Shown in pieces: positions 12,400 through 24,689 of a DNA stretch of 64,000 nucleotides (positions are counted from its first letter, which is position 1; each line of letters opens with the position of its first letter). Origin of the DNA: Zootoca vivipara. Lineage: Eukaryota. Made by a program: the position numbers and the translations under genes. The notes under the pieces are model-generated. The model had not been told where the DNA came from, ran no database searches, and worked only from the letters and a program-made list of their open reading frames with translations. Where the stretch lies: positions 70,990,001 to 71,054,000 of the forward strand of contig NC_083285.1 in the NCBI RefSeq assembly GCF_963506605.1, in the 5' to 3' direction.

Positions 12400-13360
12400 T
12401 CCAACGGGGATTCAGACCTCATCATGGGACTGAAACTGCCGTGGTTGAGCTGCTTGATCATCTCCGATGGGCTAGAGGCTGAGGGGGAAGCTGTTTCCTG
12501 GTTCTGCTGGATCTCTCAGCGGCTTTGCAGACCTTTGACCATGGTATCCTTCTGGACCCCCTAGGGGAGCTGGGGGCCCGGTTATGCAGTGGTTCCCCTC
12601 CTTCCTCCTGGGCCATGTCCAGAAAGTGGTGTTGGGGGATGAGTGTTCAGACCCCTGCGCCCGCACTTGTGGGGTGTGTCAGGGCTCCCCCCTCTCCCCC
12701 CTGCTTTTTAATATCTATATGAAGCAACTTGGAGAGATCATCAGGGGGGTTGGCTGGGTGTTCATCAGTATGTGGGTGATACCTAGCTCTATCTCTCTTT
12801 TAAATCAGAGCCAGTGACGGCGGTGAAGGTCCTGTGTGAGTGCCTGGAGGCGGTTGGAGGATGGATGGCGGCTAACAGATTGAGGTTGAACCCTGACAAG
12901 ACAGAAGTACTGTTTGGGGGGGGGGACAGGAGGCGAGCAGGACTCCCTGGTCCTGAATGGGGTAACTATGCCCCTGAAGGACCAGGTGTGCAGCCTGGGG
13001 GTCATTTTGGACTCACAGCTGTCCATGGAGGCACAGGTCTTTTCTGTGTCCAGAGCAGCTGTCTATCAGCTCTATCTGGTACGCAGGCTGAGACCTTACT
13101 AGCCTGCAGACTGTCTCACCAGAGTGGTGCATCCTCTGGTTATCTCCTGTTTGGTCTATTGCCCACCTGCTCTACATGGAGCTCCCTTTGAAGGTGACTA
13201 TGAAACTCCAACGAATCCAGAATGGGGCAGCTTGACTAGTTACTGGGAGAGTTACTGGGAGCAGCCACTGAGACCACATAACACTATTCCTAAAGGATCT
13301 TCCCTGACTCACAGTGCATTTCCGAGAACAATTCAAACTGCTGGTGCTGACCTTTAAAGC
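12400..13360 (+). mobile_element. L2 LINE RT fragment, degenerate
   Basis: Same motifs as the 12..911 copy (QGSPLSPLLFNIYM, NRLRLNPDKTEVL) spread over several frames. Confidence 0.88.
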
Positions 13361-13363
13361 ATC

Positions 13364-13959
13364 TGTGGGATGTGAAAGACAAGAGCAGTCAAGTACAACA
13401 TCCCTAGAGTGGACATAAAAGGGGATGTCTGGAGCAGCCAGTCAGAACTTCCTGTTTCTCCTAGGCTGGGACAGACTTCCTCTGCATGTGGCTAGAGGTG
13501 GGCGTGACCTCACCTGCCCAGGTGACAGAAGAGCAGGACTGGTCAGCCATCTCTCTCTCTGCTTAGCTTAAGATGCTCTCTTGGCTTCCAGCTTCCGACC
13601 AAGAGAGGACAAAGGCGCTATCTCCTTATGGGAGAGTTTCCAGGTGTATATTACATTTGTAAGTTGTCTGCCTTCTGGGATCCATTTGTGAACAGAATGT
13701 GTGAGTAAATCCTTTTAATATTTTTATAGAAGACTGTGTCGTGTCTATCTTTTTATGAAATAAATTACCAAGGGGAAATTAGCAAGGAAACTTATTTTAG
13801 AGGCTTTCGCGAGTCTGAGCAAATGCATCCGCTGTGGAAGTTTAAAAAGGGAAATGTTACTCAGCTAAATTGTACAACTTGTTAACACAAGTTGGAAAGG
13901 ATATACTGTACTGGTAATCAAACAATATATCCTCTCCTGCATCCCCAAACATTCCCACA
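13364..13959 (+). mobile_element. Solo LTR (TGTGGG...CCCACA family)
   Basis: Terminal TGTGGG/CCCACA; clear similarity (reverse complement) to the copies at 26942 and 58528; TSD not preserved. Confidence 0.75.
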
Positions 13960-14282
13960 TTGTCATGGTTGCATTTTTCAGGCATAGAAAAGTACAGATC
14001 TAATGTATGGTGATAATTCCTAACCTATTGGTTCAAGAAGGTTCTGATAGTTTTACTCTGTATGATTCAATGGTGGTGTTTTCTCTAGATCATGGGCAGG
14101 CAAACTAGGCCCCGGGGGTATAAATACTGATGATGATCTTGTGGTTGTTGTTTTTTAGTTAATTTGGAGTTCGTACTGCTATATCAGCTCATGAAATGTT
14201 ATGGGTTGCTGTAAAATATAATCCCACCCATGACTTCTCATTCACATACAGTCTATAAATTTGGGAAGGTCACACGCCTCAC

Positions 14283-14442
14283 CTGTGCTAATACTGGCAA
14301 TCTTTGGCCCGCATAGGCACACCCTGTGTGTAGAGCCTCCAGCCACAGGCACTGTCTATCATGAAAATGGGTCCTTCGACTGGGACAGTTGCTTTCGATG
14401 CTGATGGGTGGTATCTCAGCTTGTCAGTCACTCTGACATTGC
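14283..14442 (-). other. Probable 5'UTR exon of the 22-finger ZNF gene
   Basis: Acceptor ttcctcttattctttgtag and donor CAG|gtgagg on the minus strand; no KRAB-like translation recognised. Confidence 0.5.
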
Positions 14443-15149
14443 CTACAAAGAATAAGAGGAACAGAAATGCTTTTGAGGTGCAACTTCCATATCAATCCTG
14501 AGAGTCTTTCCACGGACTCTGCATCCCTGTTTCTGATGACAGGTGTACATTATCCTCATCCTGAATGAACCAGGCAGTGGGAAAGACACTTAAAGATGGA
14601 AGCCTGAGAGAGAGGGAAAGATTTATGGCTGCTTCCTGGGTGGGATTGTGGAAACAAAGAGCCGCTTTCCTCCCCTCTTCCTCTCGGGATTTCCTCTCCT
14701 CTCCAGGGGGGCCAATGGTTGGACTGGGCAGAACCGCTGAGTCTGGACAGGGGAGGGGCTTATGGGGTGGGAAGAAGACAGAGCTTGCAGGAAGGAAGAG
14801 GTGGGGAAACTGGACCCCCCCCCTTCCAGGGATCCCTCTCTGGTCCCCTTGAAGGGGTGGCCCATTCCTGGGCGGCAGAGAGAGGCCAAAGCTGTCCCAC
14901 CGGAGAATCCACGATGGAGACGTCCCCCTATAGAATGGTCTTCCTATCTCCCCCCCTCCCGCCAATGCTGCCCTTCCCTGCCCCCTTCCTCTCTCCCAGA
15001 GTCTCCCCTGCGCCCCCATCTCTCCATCCGGAGGGACCGCCCCAAGTCAAGCAGGGGGGGGACAGGGGGGGTCTCTATCCCTCGTGCCCCTTCATCCTTT
15101 CGTGGCCCACCTCTCTCTGCAAGGAAACCCCCCTTCGCAGCACCGTGCA

Positions 15150-15450
15150 GGGATCCAGACCCTCCCGGTGGGGCCCAGGGAAGGTGCTTTGGGGAGCTGG
15201 CGGGGATCTCTGGGTCCTTTTTTCTACCCCCCCCCCGCAGCCCCCTTACCTCTTTGCCCTCGCTCGCGATCCTCTTTCCCACAAGGGGGGGGGGTTTCCC
15301 TGCCGCCCCTCCTCCCCTTTGTAAATGCGCGCGCCCCTAGAGCAACGGTGCAGAGTAGCGATCCGGCGTAGGAGCTCCACTTCCGGGAGAAGCAGGCAGG
15401 TTGGGAGGGGGCTCTCCCCCTCATTCCGGAAACAGCGAGGAAGAGGAGGA
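15150..15450 (-). promoter_or_regulatory. CpG-rich promoter / first exon of the 22-finger ZNF gene
   Basis: CpG cluster with ETS-type CTTCCGG/TTCCGGAA motifs; minus-strand donor AG|gtaagg with exon end at 15250. Confidence 0.55.
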
Positions 15451-15661
15451 GGAAGAGGGGCAACGTATGGTGGGGGGATTTGGGGTAGTGGGGGTGGCAT
15501 GAGAGAAGGATGGGCTGGGAGGGGAGGGGAAGGTTTGAAGGGGGGGCAGGACAGGAAGGTTTCCCCCCTCCCCTCTTCCTTCTGTGGATCAGGAGAGCGG
15601 GGGAGGGGCTGATCCCGGCAATCCAGCAGCAAAGTGGGGTGTGTCCCCCCCACAATGTTTC

Positions 15662-16207
15662 TAGGGTTGCCAGGCTGAATAGAGGCCAGGACTTCTGTGC
15701 CTTTAATTGCCCTGCTCTCTTTTGAGTCTGGAAACCTTAGAGAGAAACCAGCAGACCCTGTGTTTAATTTCCAAGCAAAGGGTCTGCAATTGATGCAATT
15801 GATGCTTTTGAATTATGGTGCTGGAGGAGACTCTTGAGAGTCCCATGGACTGCAAGAAGATCAAACCTATCCATTCTGAAGGAAATCAGCCCTGAGTGCC
15901 CACTGGAAGGACAGATCCTGAAGCTGAGGCTCCAATACTTTGGCTACCTCTTGAGAAGAGAAGACTCCCTGGAAAAGACCCTGATGTTGGGAAAGATGGA
16001 GGGCAGAAAGAGAAGAGGACGACAGAGGACGAGATGGTTGGACAGTGTTCTCGAAGCTACGAACATGAGTTTGACCGAAATGCGGGAGGCAGTGCAAGAC
16101 AGGAGTGCCTGGCGTGCTCTGGTCCATGGGGTCACGAAGAGTCGGACACGACTAAACGACTAAACAACAACAACAAGTCCTGTCCTCTATTCAGTCTGGC
16201 AAGCCTA
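15662..16207. mobile_element. hAT-type MITE containing a BovB fragment
   Basis: TIR TAGGGTTGCCAG / CTGGCAAGCCTA; flanks AATGTTTC / AATGTTTA (7/8 TSD). Confidence 0.75.
15795..16176 (+). mobile_element. BovB (RTE) LINE 3' fragment
   Basis: [21 protein letters not shown]...[18 protein letters not shown] followed by a (CAA)n tail. Confidence 0.93.
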
Positions 16208-17149
16208 AATGTTTACATTGCAAAATATTTCCCTCCCCCACCCCACGCCATGAGATTAGATCCATCTGTGTTGTGGGTGTTGGTACTGTTCAAACCAGGG
16301 AGGGGGGCAGTTAGAGGAAGCCCCCCCCCTAAAAAAATCCCAAGTTCCCCACACAGCGTCTAACTAAGGCCAGGACAATGACTATTGACACAGGCTGATC
16401 CCGGCAATCCAGCTGCAAAGTTGAGTCCCCCCCCCCCACAGTGTTTACAGGGAACCAGGCAGAGAGCCTTCTCGGTAGTTGGGCCTGCCCTGTGGAACGC
16501 CCTCCCATCAGAGGTCAGAGAGAGAAACAACTACCTGACATTTAGAAAACATCTGAAGGCAGCTCTGTTTAGGGAAGTTTTTAATGTGTGACATTTTAAT
16601 GAAATTTAATCTTTGTAGAAGCTGCCCAGAGTGGCTGGGGAAACCCAGCCGGATGGGCGGGGTACAAATAATGAATTCCAAAATCTCTGTCATGGAACAT
16701 GGAATGGAAATTGTAATATAGGACAACTCTGAATCCTTGGTTTAAAGCAATGTATGCTGGGAGAGGCAACAGGGCAGTCTGGGTCTTTAACAGCCCTGGC
16801 CCTGTCTCTCTCTGCTTCCCAATTAGCTGTCTGCAAAGGAATGTGTTAATTGCCCTTTGGCAGGAAGAAGCCCGGGTGATACCTATTACCTTGTGGTATG
16901 TAAGGGGGAGGGGAATGAAAGGCCAAATTAAATAATCCCTTCCACCTGAGGTCGACTCGCCCTCTACGAAATTAAGAAGGAATGCGGGAAATATCTTTAC
17001 CACCTGCCAATATACAATTAGAGAATAAAGTTAAGACAGCTGAAAATGGATGGGCTACATCTAAGGCCATTGGTAAAAGTTAATTGATCTGGTGTTCTCA
17101 TTGGTGGGATCGTGTAACCCCACCTGGTACCTTTCGGGGATAAAGATGT

Positions 17150-18190
17150 GGTTACAGGTAGGTAGCCGTGTTGGTCTGGATCGAAGTAAAATAAAAAAAA
17201 TTCCTTCAGTAGCACCTTAAAGACCAACTAAGTTTTTATTTTGGTATGAGCTTTCGTGTGCATGCACACTTCTTCAGATACAGTGAAATGGAAGTTTCCA
17301 GGCACTTATGTAGAGAAGGGGTGGGGAGGGGTGGGGATGGGGAGGGGGGATCACTCAGAAGGGTGGTGGAAATGGGTGATTGACTGACTGATAGCTGTTG
17401 ATGACCGCAAACGACTGCAAATGGTTTTGCATGAAAAAGCAAGGGTTGAGATGGCTGAAGATCGCTTATCATGTATAATGAGATAAGAATCCGATATCTC
17501 TGTTCAAACCAGGTCCCTCCATGGTTTTGAGCTTGGTGATAAGTTGCAATTCAGCAACTTCTCTTTCCAGTCTATTTCTGAAATTCTTTTGTAGTAAGAC
17601 AGCTACTTTGAGATCTTGTATAGAATGTCCTGGGAGATTGAAGTGTTCTCCTACTGGTTTTTCTGTCTTCTGGTTCCTGATGTCAGATTTATGTCCATTT
17701 ATCCTTTGGCGTAGGGTTTGGCCTGTTTGTCCAATATAGAGAGCTGAAGGGCACTGTTGGCATTTGATGGCATACACAATGTTAGAAGATGAGCAATTAA
17801 ATAGTCCTGAGATGGTATGTTGGATGTTGTTGGGGCCAGTAATGGTGTTGTCTGGGTGTATGTGGCAGCAAAGTTGGCATCTGGGTTTATTGCAGGCTCT
17901 GGTACCAGTGTCCATGTTAAGTCTGGTGGTTGTATTATTGTGGGTGAGGAGTTGTTTAAGATTGGGTGGCTGTCTGTAGGCAATGAAAGGTCTTCCTCCC
18001 AGAGCTTGAGAAAGGGAGCTGTCATTGTCCAGGAGAGGCTGTAGATCTCTGATGATGCGTTGTACTGTTTTAGCTTGGGAGCTGTATGTGATGACTAGTG
18101 GTGTTCTGTTATTTTCTTTTTTGGGTCTGTCTTGCAGCAGGTTCTCTCTAGGTATCTGTCTGGCTCTATTGATCTGTTGTTTAACTTCGT
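17150..18190 (-). mobile_element. Penelope-like element 3' part: GIY-YIG endonuclease plus pLTR with hammerhead ribozyme
   Basis: ORF 17469..17915 has NIVYAIKCQQCPSALYIGQTGQTLRQRINGH...HFNLPGH...GLN; HHR motif at 17244-17281. Confidence 0.93.
17244..17281 (-). ncRNA. Minimal type-I hammerhead ribozyme (Penelope pLTR)
   Basis: Minus strand reads GTAT-CTGAAGA-A-GTGTGCATGCACAC-GAAA-GC-TC-ATAC. Confidence 0.8.
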
Positions 18191-18409
18191 GTTAGGGCAA
18201 AATTCTGGGTGCGAGGTTGCTCAGCTGCCCAGCTCGTCAGGCAAGGGCCTGCGGTCGCTGCGGAGTGTAAAGGAAGGCGTCCAGCCACAATCCGGAGCAA
18301 AGTTTTATTACTGCGCAACAGGTTCAATGCAAGACTGAGATGAGCACACAACCCCAGAGTCGGTCACGACTGGACCTAATGGTCAGGGGTCCCTTTACCT
18401 TTATATGAT

Positions 18410-19035
18410 GAATGGAAAAAGATGTTAAAATGTATGTTTGGGAAAAAAACCCCATAAATTTTATTATTAAGTTTAATTCCGGAAAGTGTGCCGAACGATA
18501 GAAGAAATATCATTTTATATGCGTGTGGAGCGGCCAGAATGTTGGTAGCCCAGAACTGGAAAGGAGATAAAGTTCCATCTATACAGGAATGGTATATTCA
18601 ACTGGTGGAATATATGAATTTAGCAAGGTTGACGGTGATAATTAGGAGAGTCCCCAAACAAAAAATTAAAAGAGAGTGGAGTTATGTGGAGGATTGTTTT
18701 TATAAAGAAGGTATAAGTTCGAAGTGGGTGATTTGTTTGGATTAAAATGCACAAGTTGATAAAGGAAAATAAGATATGGTATAGGATATTCAGCTGATAA
18801 GGGAGAAGCCTGGTAGAAATTTCACATGAGAAGGGAACCGATATTAAAATGTTTGGAAGTTAAATTTTAATCTGTATTTTTTTTCTTTTTTCGTTCTTTT
18901 TTTGGCTTTCTTTTTCTCTTTCCGTATATAATTGGTGTAATTTGTGCTGATTTGATTATGTTGTGTTATATTGTGTTGTGCTGTTGTGTTGATTTGTGAA
19001 TTTTTAATAAGAAATAAAGATGATTTTTTCAAAAG
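18410..19035 (+). mobile_element. L1 3' fragment (preceded by a Sauria SINE tail at ~18338-18403)
   Basis: ORF2 C-terminus YACGAARMLVAQNWK...W; T-rich 3'UTR ending in AATAAA. Confidence 0.75.
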
Positions 19036-19104
19036 AAGATGGGGCAGAAATGGGTCTGGCCTGGCCACTGGCACCCATGGGCGTAGCTGTTGAGCCTTTT
19101 TTTT

Positions 19105-19552
19105 TCATAGAATCATAGATTCTGGGAGATCAATGAGACCAGGAGAAAGCAGAAACTGCAACATTTTTGGCAGGGCGCATAAGCTTTCTGAAATGTATAA
19201 ATACACGACATATATCTGTTGGAGATGTGAGGAAGCAGGTGGTAGAATCATCGAGTTGGAAGAGACCACAAGGGCCATCCAGTCCAACCCCCTGCCAAGC
19301 AGGAAACACCATCAAAGCAAGCATTCCTGACATATACCTGTCAAGCCTCTGCTTAAAGACCTCCAAAGAAGGAGATTCCACCACACTCCTTGGCAGCAAA
19401 TTCCACTGTTGAACAGCTCGTACTGTCAGGAAGTTCTTCCTAATGTTTAGGTGGAATCTTCTTTCTTGTAGTTTGAATACATTGCTCCGTGTCCGCTTCT
19501 CCCTTTCTCCCTCCTCTAAAGCATTCTGGACATATGCCTGTCAAGCCTCTGC
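19105..19552 (-). mobile_element. CR1 LINE 3' fragment(s)
   Basis: ATAGAATC tail units; near-identical to 3750-4000. Confidence 0.85.
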
Positions 19553-19679
19553 TTGCCTTCCTCTGCCTCTGGGGGGATCACTTATTGTAGAGCATTTTCC
19601 CTGCTCCGGTTTCTAGGCCAGGGAGGGGGAAGCTCAGCCCCCAGACAGGAGGGTCCCCAAAATAAAGCACCTCTGGAGT

Positions 19680-20330
19680 CTGGACGCTTTGCGCGCGACG
19701 CACGTGGCTCCTCCTGGGCTCCTGCTCTCCAGAGAGAGAGAGAAGAGGGAGCTGGGTGCGCTCGGCTTGCCAAGGGTTAAACATAAACGAGCTGGATTCC
19801 TAGAGAGGACAGGAAAGAAAGACTGGGGAGGGCAGGTCCTCCGGAGCAAAAGCCCCTCCCCAGACTTTCCCGGCAAAAAACGGGGTTGCTTTTGTCTCTC
19901 CCTGCAAATGCTGCCCCGGTGGCGCAGGCNNNNNNNNNNNNNNNNNNNNNNNNNNNNNNNNNNNNNNNNNNNNNNNNNNNNNNNNNNNNNNNNNNNNNNN
20001 NNNNNNNNNNNNNNNNNNNNNNNNNNNNNNNNNNNNNNNNNNNNNNNNNNNNNNNNNNNNNNNNNCGGGGGGGGGGTCCCAGGGCTGCAGGGGAGCGTGC
20101 ATGTGGGGGGGGGACGGGACCCCCAAGTCAAGGAGCGGAGGGTCCTGCCAGGGGGGCAGCTCTGCGCTTTCTTTGGCTGGCATGGAGGCGCTGCTGGCCC
20201 CTTTGGGGAGGGTCTTTGGGTCAAAGGGGGGGGGGGGCGGCGCGGGAAAGGCATGGGAATCAACCCCGGTCAGATGGAGGGATCGGTCACGTTTGTGAAC
20301 GGAGGCTGCAGCCGCACGGAAAGATCCCGA
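19680..20330 (+). promoter_or_regulatory. GC/CpG-rich region spanning the assembly gap; candidate promoter of the SCAN-KRAB-ZNF gene
   Basis: CpG cluster (TGCGCGCGACGCACGTG) and G-runs on both sides of the N block; nearest extended CpG-rich region upstream of the SCAN exon. Confidence 0.4.
19930..20065. other. Assembly gap (136 N)
   Basis: Run of n. Confidence 1.
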
Positions 20331-20469
20331 CATGAAACGAAACCCTGTGCAAGAAAGAAAGAAAGAAAGAAAGAAAGAGTGGTGGATGTTGACAGATGGA
20401 GGGTATCCTCAAGGAAAGTCCTTCCGTCGTGCAACGTGCGCTGAAACCTCTGCAACCGAGATGGCTTTG

Positions 20470-22443
20470 TTTTGTTTTGTTTTTAAACATTTTATTCATT
20501 TTATCACAATAACATACAACAAACAAATAAAACATTACACAACAATACAATGGGGGAAAATACCACATAGGGAAAAAATGGGAAAGAAATTACAAAAAAT
20601 ACAAAAAATTCACACTTCTAAATCTCATATCTTTAACTTTTTAAGTCCCCCTATCTGAGCTTCATTACATATCAACTTTAGCCATTTTTAAATCATAATT
20701 TCAACCACATTGTTTTTCTTATCCTTACATAATTTTCTCTGCTTCAGTGTATCTGAAGAAGTGTGCATGCACACGAAAGCTCATACCAAAATCAAAACTT
20801 AGTTGGTCTTTAAGGTGCTGCTGGAAGAAAAAAAAAATATTTTGTTTCAACTACGTCAGACCAACCTACCTGTAACTATAATTTTCTCTCATTATTTACT
20901 TAATTTCATTACTATGTAAATTCTTAAATACTAACCACTAGTTTTACACCTGCAGCGTATAACAACTTCCAAATATTTTCCAAATTATCAAATATTGCAA
21001 TATTTTTTAAAATAAATTTTAAATTTCTTCCAATCTTCTTCCACCGACTCTTCTCCCTGGTCACGTAGTCTCCCCGTCAGTTCGGCTAGTTCCTTAAAGT
21101 CCATCATCTTCATTTGCCAATCTTCCACTGTTGGTAATTTGTGTGTCTTCCAATTCTTGGCTACCGATATTATTGCTGCTGTTGTGGCGTACAGAAAAAA
21201 GTAACATCTTTTTTTGGGATTTCCTCCCCTACTATACCAAGTAAAAAGGCTTCTGGTTTCTTAATAAATGTGTTTTTCAACACCTTTTTCAATTCATTAT
21301 AAATCTTTCCCCAGAAGTCTCTTACTTTGGGGCATTTCCACCACCTATGGTAAAAGGTTCCTTCCACATCTTTACATTTCTAGCATTTATTATCATGTGT
21401 ATGATAAATTTTAGCTAACTTAACCCGTGTTAAATACCATCTATACATCATTTTCATCATATTCTCTCTCAAAATATTAGATGCTGTAAACTTGATACCC
21501 TTTTCCCACATCTTCTCCCAATCCTCCAACATAATATTGTGCCCCACATCTTTAGCCCAATCAGTCATTACAGATTTCACCTGTTCATCTTTCGTATGCC
21601 ACTCCAGTAATAAATTGTACATCTTAGAAAGATTTTTTTAGTTTTTGGCTCTAACAATTCCATTTCCAGTTTGGATTTCTCTGATTGAAAACTTATATTT
21701 TTCTTATCCATTTTAAGCACTTCATTTATCTGATAATATTGAAACCAATCATCCACATTATCTTTCAACTGTTCATAAGATCTTAACTTAAATTGATCTC
21801 CTGCTTCCATCAATATATCTTTATACTTCAGCCCCTTGGTTTCCATATTCAACCTTTTATGAGTCTTAGCTTCCAATGGTGGAATCCAGCTGGGTGTTAT
21901 CCTTTATAACAAATCCTTATATCTAATCCAAACATTATATAATGATTTTTTAATTATCTGATTTTAAAAACCTTTATGGACCTTAATCTTGTGTTACTGA
22001 AGATATGCTTGCCAACCAAATACATTGTCAAAGCCTTCCAGATCTAACACATCAGTATTTTCCAACAAAAACCAATCTTTCAACCAGCAAAAGGCTGCAG
22101 CTTCAAAATATATCTTTAAATCTGGCAGGGAGAATCCCCCTCTCTCCTTCAAGTCCGTTAATAACTTAAACTTAATTCTGGGTTTCCCCCCCTGCCAGAT
22201 AAATTTAGACAAGACCTTTTGCCGTTCCTTAAAACAATTCATCTTGTCAATAATAGGAAGTGCTTGAAATAAAAATAACATTTTTGGCAATACATTCATC
22301 TTCGCAGCTGAAATTCGGCCCAACATAGATAACTTTAGATTCATCCAGATAATCCAAATCTCTCTTAATTTCATTCAATAACTTATCATAATTATCTTTA
22401 TACAAATTTAAATTTTTTGCAGTCATATTCACACCCAGATACT
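20470..22443 (-). mobile_element. L1 LINE ORF2 3' half, degenerate
   Basis: KYLGVNMT, GRISAAKMNVLPKMLFLFQ, GGFSLPDLKIYFEAA, YRWYLT, CPKVRDFW; A-rich tail toward 20470. Confidence 0.9.
20741..20877 (+). mobile_element. 137-bp Penelope pLTR mini-insertion with intact hammerhead ribozyme (20749-20786)
   Basis: 12-bp TSD ATAATTTTCTCT (20729-20740 / 20878-20889); CTGAAGA...GAAA-GC-TC core. Confidence 0.85.
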
Positions 22444-22929
22444 TCACCGAGATGGCTTTGAAAGAGGACGAGGCCAGTTGGTGGAGGAGGAGAGGGCGAT
22501 GCGGGGCTCTTCTGCTCTGTCTCCGCCGTCGGAGGCTGCAAGGCTTTGGAGTCCCAGTTGCGGGGAGACCTTTGCTGATGAAGCCAGGAAAAGTCTTTGC
22601 TGCCTTGCCTTCTGCTGTTTGGCCTCTTTTACCATGCGAACTTGACCAGATAGGACATACCTGATCTCTTTAAGGTCTGGCCACGCGTTCAGAAACCGTT
22701 TATTCCGTTTCGTAACCCAAGATTTCTGCCTGTGTTTTCTTGCTGCTGTATGGAGAAATGCATGAATCTGAACTTGGAAAGTTTGTAAGTAAAAACCACC
22801 TTCATTTACCAAAGTATGTGGTCTGTTCTATGCCAGAGCCCAGAGGGGTAGAAAGGGGAAGCTCTGGTAGCAAAATGATGTTGAAAAATGTCTCATAGCC
22901 CATATCCTGGTGCTTCATTCCTTTGCATG

Positions 22930-24410
22930 TTTTGTATTTTTTTTCAGATTTATTTAATTTTTGATATAGAAATTTACACTCACACCACGACATGTTATAT
23001 AACGAAACACAGGATTCCCATGAAATCCCCTGCGCTTCCCTCCTCCCCTTTGTAGGCCTTATTGTTAAACTTTTCCTACTGTATCTTTTGCAATAATTCA
23101 GAATTTTTGTATCTCTATTATATCCATAGGTCTCGTTACATTACAAGTGTTATTGCAATCACACTGTTTACAATGGTTTTTTAAGATAAGTTATAATTTC
23201 CCCCCTTTCCTTATTAAAATTTGGGTCTTCTTGATTTCTTATTTTTCCGGTCATTTTTGCCATTTCATCATAGTCCACCAACTTTTCTGCCATTCTTCTC
23301 TGGAAGGGCCTTTGGCTTCTTTCCATCTCTGGGCAAATAGCATCCGCACCGCTGTCGTCACATCCATAAACAATAGTTTCTGTTCCCTTGGAATTTTAGC
23401 ACCTATAATTCCTAAAATAAAAACTTCTGGCTTTTAAAATAAAAGTTATTTTAAACATTTCCCAGAATGCTTTTGTTACCTTGCCTGTCCACCACATATG
23501 ATAAAAAGGGCCTTCTTTTTCCTTACACTTCCAACAGATATTTGTAGCTGTCTTAAACATCTTTGCTATCTTACTGGGAGTTAGATACCAATGGTACACC
23601 ATTATCATATATTTTTCTTTCAACATACAACATGCTGTAAATTTCAGATCATCTTTACATAACGTCTCCCATGATGAAATCTGTACATTGTACCCAAAAT
23701 CTTTCGCCCATTGTTTCATTACAGATTTAACTTCTTCAGCTTTTGTATACCATTCTAAAATTAGTTTGGACATTTTAGAAAGTAATTTTTAAATTATTCT
23801 CTAACAATTCTTTTTCAAACCTTGAGATTTCATTACTAAATCCATTCTTTTTATCCATCTTAAATATACCATCTAGTTGGTGATATTGTAACCAATCAGT
23901 TAATAAATTTCTTATTAAAAAAATTCCTTCCGGCAGCACCTTAAAGACCAACTAAGTTTTTTATTTTGGTATGAGCTTTCGTGTGCATGCACACGAAAGC
24001 TCATACCAAAATAAAAAACTTAGTTGGTCTTGAAGGTGCTGCTGGAAGGAATTTTTTTATTTTGTTTCGACTACGTCAGACCAACACGGCTACCTACCTG
24101 TAACTAAATTTCTTATGTCCTCAAAATTTTGCAATTTCAATTGTGGTTCTACTTCCGTTAACAGCTCTTTATATGTTGCCCAATCGTTTCTCGTATTTAA
24201 TTTTTTCAAGGATATCGCTTCTAGTGGGGAAAGCCACCAGGGTGTTTTCTGTTCTAATAAATTTATATATTTTTATATTTCAAGATGATTCAAGAAACCT
24301 TTATGTTCTTCTGCCTTCTCATACCATAAATATGCGTGCCAACTAAACCTGTTATCATGACCCTCCAGGTCTAGAATATCCATATTTGTTAATGTTATCC
24401 AATGCTTTGT
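22930..24410 (-). mobile_element. L1 LINE ORF2 3' fragment
   Basis: ORF 23396..23773 has YHWYLTPSKIAKM...CWKCKEKEGPFYHMWW. Confidence 0.88.
23916..24104. mobile_element. Penelope pLTR mini-insertion as a head-to-head palindrome
   Basis: 12-bp TSD TAAATTTCTTAT (23904-23915 / 24105-24116); ~70-bp near-perfect inverted arms centred at 23987/23988. Confidence 0.88.
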
Positions 24411-24689
24411 AAGTTTTTAGACTGCTGCACCTCTCTCTTACCAGAGACTGTGCTCACTCTGTTTGCCTCTAGGGAGCCACCAAATTCTTTTTAATTAAGC
24501 AAATAATATTAAATAAATACTGACAGTCTTCTCACGTCAGAGGTATAACACAAAAATAGCACAATAAATTTGCAGGTATATCTTCTCCTCTTTCCTCCTA
24601 GCAGTCAGTTTTATATCAGAATAATGTGCTTGCTTTGTAGAATTTGCTAACACGTCTAATTCGAACAGACAGAACTTGGCAGAAGATCA

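Noticed and set aside
19634-20444. ORFs spanning the N block
   Set aside because: Artefacts of translating through the assembly gap.
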